This document shows positions 61,652-64,000 of a stretch of 64,000 nucleotides of DNA, in pieces. Position 1 is the stretch's first letter, and every line of letters begins with the position of its first letter. This DNA is from Azolla caroliniana (lineage: Eukaryota; Plantae; Polypodiophyta). The notes under the pieces were generated by a model. That model saw nothing but the letters and a program-made list of their open reading frames with translations, did no database searches and was not told where the DNA came from. Position numbers and translations under genes: made by a program. The stretch covers positions 10,416,001-10,480,000 of the forward strand of contig JBHGNT010000011.1 of assembly GCA_043228905.1 (NCBI GenBank), written 5' to 3'.

Positions 61652-63043
61652 TCAATCTCGTCCGATTGGCTTTCGGCTAGGTCGGCTTCCATCCATATTC
61701 GCGTTCGGCCAAGTCAGACTCGGTCGATCGGTTTTGACCGAGTCGACCCCTTTTCGGGTCGGCTTTCTTTCGGATCGGAATCCCGTCCGGATCACCTTCC
61801 ATCCAAACCGGCTTCCGACTTTACCTTTCTTGCTGCCACCTCCCATCTCTCCGGTCTCACGTTGGTTCTCGGACACAACTGCCGAAGTCTCTAGAATTAG
61901 TGGGTAGGAATCCTTGGTATTATCATCCTCCATTGTTTCACCCATAGCCATATTCTCGGCTATCTCTCCGTCGTATGCATCGACTTCGACCTTTGTTTTC
62001 TCTCCGCCACCTTCCGTCTCTTCGGTCTCACGTTGCCTTTCGAACGCAACCGCCGGAGTCTCTAGAATCAGTGGTGGGGAAGTCTCGATATGGCCATCCG
62101 TCGTTGATTCGTCCATAGCCACCTTCGATTCGATGTCATCTTTCGTGGCGACCTCCTCAATCAAGTCCTCTTTGTTCTCTTTCACTGCATCAATTATGCT
62201 TACCCCTTTTTCACCCGATGTTTCGGACACTTGTATTCCGAAATCTTCTTCTACACTTGGGTTATCGGCCTTATCCTTCGCCGTCGTTCTTTCGCAAGAC
62301 AAGAGGGTAGCTTGTTTTATACCCTCTTCCGTCGCACCATCATGTTGTATTTCGGCCTTCATATCGGCTCCATCGTTTGTCTTCAATCGACCATCCTTCA
62401 TCGGCCATGTCGTTGACAAGATTCTCATCTTCCTCTCATCATGTCTCCGGCATACCCTTTGGACTTCGGCCCAATCTTCGGTAAGACCATTCGTACCTTC
62501 ATCGTCTTCGAGTTCGATCCCGATGTCCATCCTTTCTTTTCGATCGATCGATTTTACGAACATTAGGACTTTATCCTCCCCCACCAACCGTTGTTCCCGC
62601 TCCGAGAGTTGAGCAAGACGATGCTCGAACTCTAGGAATGCTTGTGTTGCACTTCGGTGGGTCTTCTCCGATGCCACCCATTCGTCGAATTTTCGCCGAT
62701 CTTGTCCCTTTGATCTCTTGTAATCATATGCCTCTCGTAAAGCTTCTTCGAATGACCCCCATGTCGAGTTTTGTTGCCGTATCTTGTGGATTCTCTCTTG
62801 TAGCTCATCCGTGGCCACCCGATTGAAGGATGTCACTTGCAATCCTTCCGGTATCCCACATCGTATCATCTCCTCCTTGTAGTCACGTAGATAGCGTGAC
62901 ACATCGTTTCCGTTGAATTGTCCGTTTCGTTGTACGAGCCGCTTTACTGCCCTCGTGATCTCCGACATCACTCGTTGTTCTTGTAGCATCCGCTCGAACA
63001 TCATCATCATCGTTATGCTCATTGCCTCTTGTTGATTCTCCAT
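61652..63043 (-). CDS. gag: Element N Gag-like protein (463 aa from the ATG after the PBS): capsid region plus acidic repeat tail, no zinc knuckle
   Basis: GQFNGNDVSRYLRDY matches H GRFEGKNTTSYLKAY; GLTEDWAEV; repeats PLILET(P/S)AV..QRET..GGG; no internal stops. Confidence 0.78.
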   Translation of the reverse strand: MENQQEAMSITMMMMFERMLQEQRVMSEITRAVKRLVQRNGQFNGNDVSRYLRDYKEEMIRCGIPEGLQVTSFNRVATDELQERIHKIRQQNSTWGSFEEALREAYDYKRSKGQDRRKFDEWVASEKTHRSATQAFLEFEHRLAQLSEREQRLVGEDKVLMFVKSIDRKERMDIGIELEDDEGTNGLTEDWAEVQRVCRRHDERKMRILSTTWPMKDGRLKTNDGADMKAEIQHDGATEEGIKQATLLSCERTTAKDKADNPSVEEDFGIQVSETSGEKGVSIIDAVKENKEDLIEEVATKDDIESKVAMDESTTDGHIETSPPLILETPAVAFERQRETEETEGGGEKTKVEVDAYDGEIAENMAMGETMEDDNTKDSYPLILETSAVVSENQRETGEMGGGSKKGKVGSRFGWKVIRTGFRSERKPTRKGVDSVKTDRPSLTWPNANMDGSRPSRKPIGRD

Positions 63044-63353
63044 CTCCTTGCCACCCGTCTTCACGTCGGGTTCACCAACTGTGTCGTGCCTTTCGGCTCC
63101 GGATCGTTTGCGTGAGTCGGGTGGGAACCACTGAGGTTTTGGACTAGGAGAAAGAAGAATATGAGATGAGGCTAGTAATGAATAGATTATTAGAAAGAGA
63201 GATAGAAATTTCGTGAATCCCACGAGTGTATTGTATTCGATTAATCAATATTTAGATAAGAATATGTATTTAGATTGAAAGAAAGATATAAGAAACTTGT
63301 GAATCCCACAAGTATAGATTATATTATTTTCGTGAATCCCACGATTATATTAA

Positions 63354-63551
63354 CGAAGGTGGCTATGGACGAATCAACGACGGATGGCCATATCAAGACT
63401 TCCCCACCACTGATTCTAGAGACTCCGGCGGTTGCGTTCGAAAGGCAACGTGAGACCGAAGAGACGGAAGGTGGCGGAGAGAAAACAAAGGTCGAAGTCG
63501 ATGCATACGACGGAGAGATAGCCGAGAATATGGCTATGGGTGAAACAATGG
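63354..63551 (+). repeat. 198-bp inverted copy of N internal segment 61930-62127
   Basis: Reverse-complement match with one mismatch seen by eye. Confidence 0.9.
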
Positions 63552-64000
63552 CGTCCACTGCTTGGGTTGCCCACGCCATCCATCCTCCTCTCCCGATTTT
63601 TTTGGAGAAGGATCCGCTCGTTATCTGTGATGGCCTGGCAACGGTTGCGTGCGTCTTCCATGGACTTCTGGAGATTTGCGATTTCTTGTTGTTTAACGGC
63701 TGCCGCTTCCTCATACGTGGCCTTCAGGCCCGCCCACAGCTGGGATTCCTTTGCATGTTGTTCTTCTAATTTCCCGATCTCGTTGTTTAGGAAGATTTCG
63801 AGGTGATGCCTTCTATCTTGTTCGACCACCAACTGTTCATCGAACCATACCTTCTTTTTTTCTAATAAGGCCCGAAGTCCTGCTATTGCTGCCTCCGATT
63901 TCCTCGTGTCCTCTCATAATTGTGCGTTGTCGTCCTTTGTCTGGATGTGCTGAGCTACCTCCGTAGCTAGTTTCTCTTCAAGAGTTTTTACTGCCTTCCG
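63552..64000 (-). pseudogene. Coiled-coil-like ORF fragment of unknown origin (one in-frame TGA near 63914)
   Basis: KTLEEKLATEVAQH..EIGKLEEQHAKE..KQQEIANLQKSMEDARNR, rich in E/K/Q/L. Confidence 0.4.

Larger units (their letters stand above)
60313..63353 (-). mobile_element. Non-autonomous Gag-only LTR element N (tRNA-Trp PBS)
   Basis: 3' LTR 60313-61174; PPT at 61175; truncated 5' LTR 63082-63353 nearly identical; PBS 63060-63077. Confidence 0.9.

Overview
The window is almost entirely nested, mostly decayed plant transposable elements; I see no host gene, rRNA gene, bona fide tRNA gene or CRISPR array. The PBS types and protein families suggest a land plant, possibly a seed-free lineage (inference). 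I can resolve about 17 insertions. (1) Several tRNA-iMet-primed Ty1/copia elements with 5-bp TSDs. (2) A non-chromovirus Ty3/gypsy element with an extra 3' ORF. (3) A chromovirus-like gypsy element with inverted termini. (4) An hAT-type MITE with an 8-bp TSD. (5) A recurring gypsy superfamily with TGTCG..CGACA termini, a tRNA-Trp PBS and 4-bp TSDs, present as pol-bearing copies, Gag-only satellites and solo LTRs. Highlights: all 7 readable target sites of the Trp-primed superfamily are NCGN, i.e. centred on a CpG; a 184-bp hairpin has a loop that copies the tRNA-Trp primer past position 58; an integrase-less gypsy copy is integrated with U3 at both ends; and three dissimilar LTRs carry outward-facing Pol III A/B-box cassettes. 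Coordinates and identities were read by eye and need computational confirmation. Element letters are my own labels.
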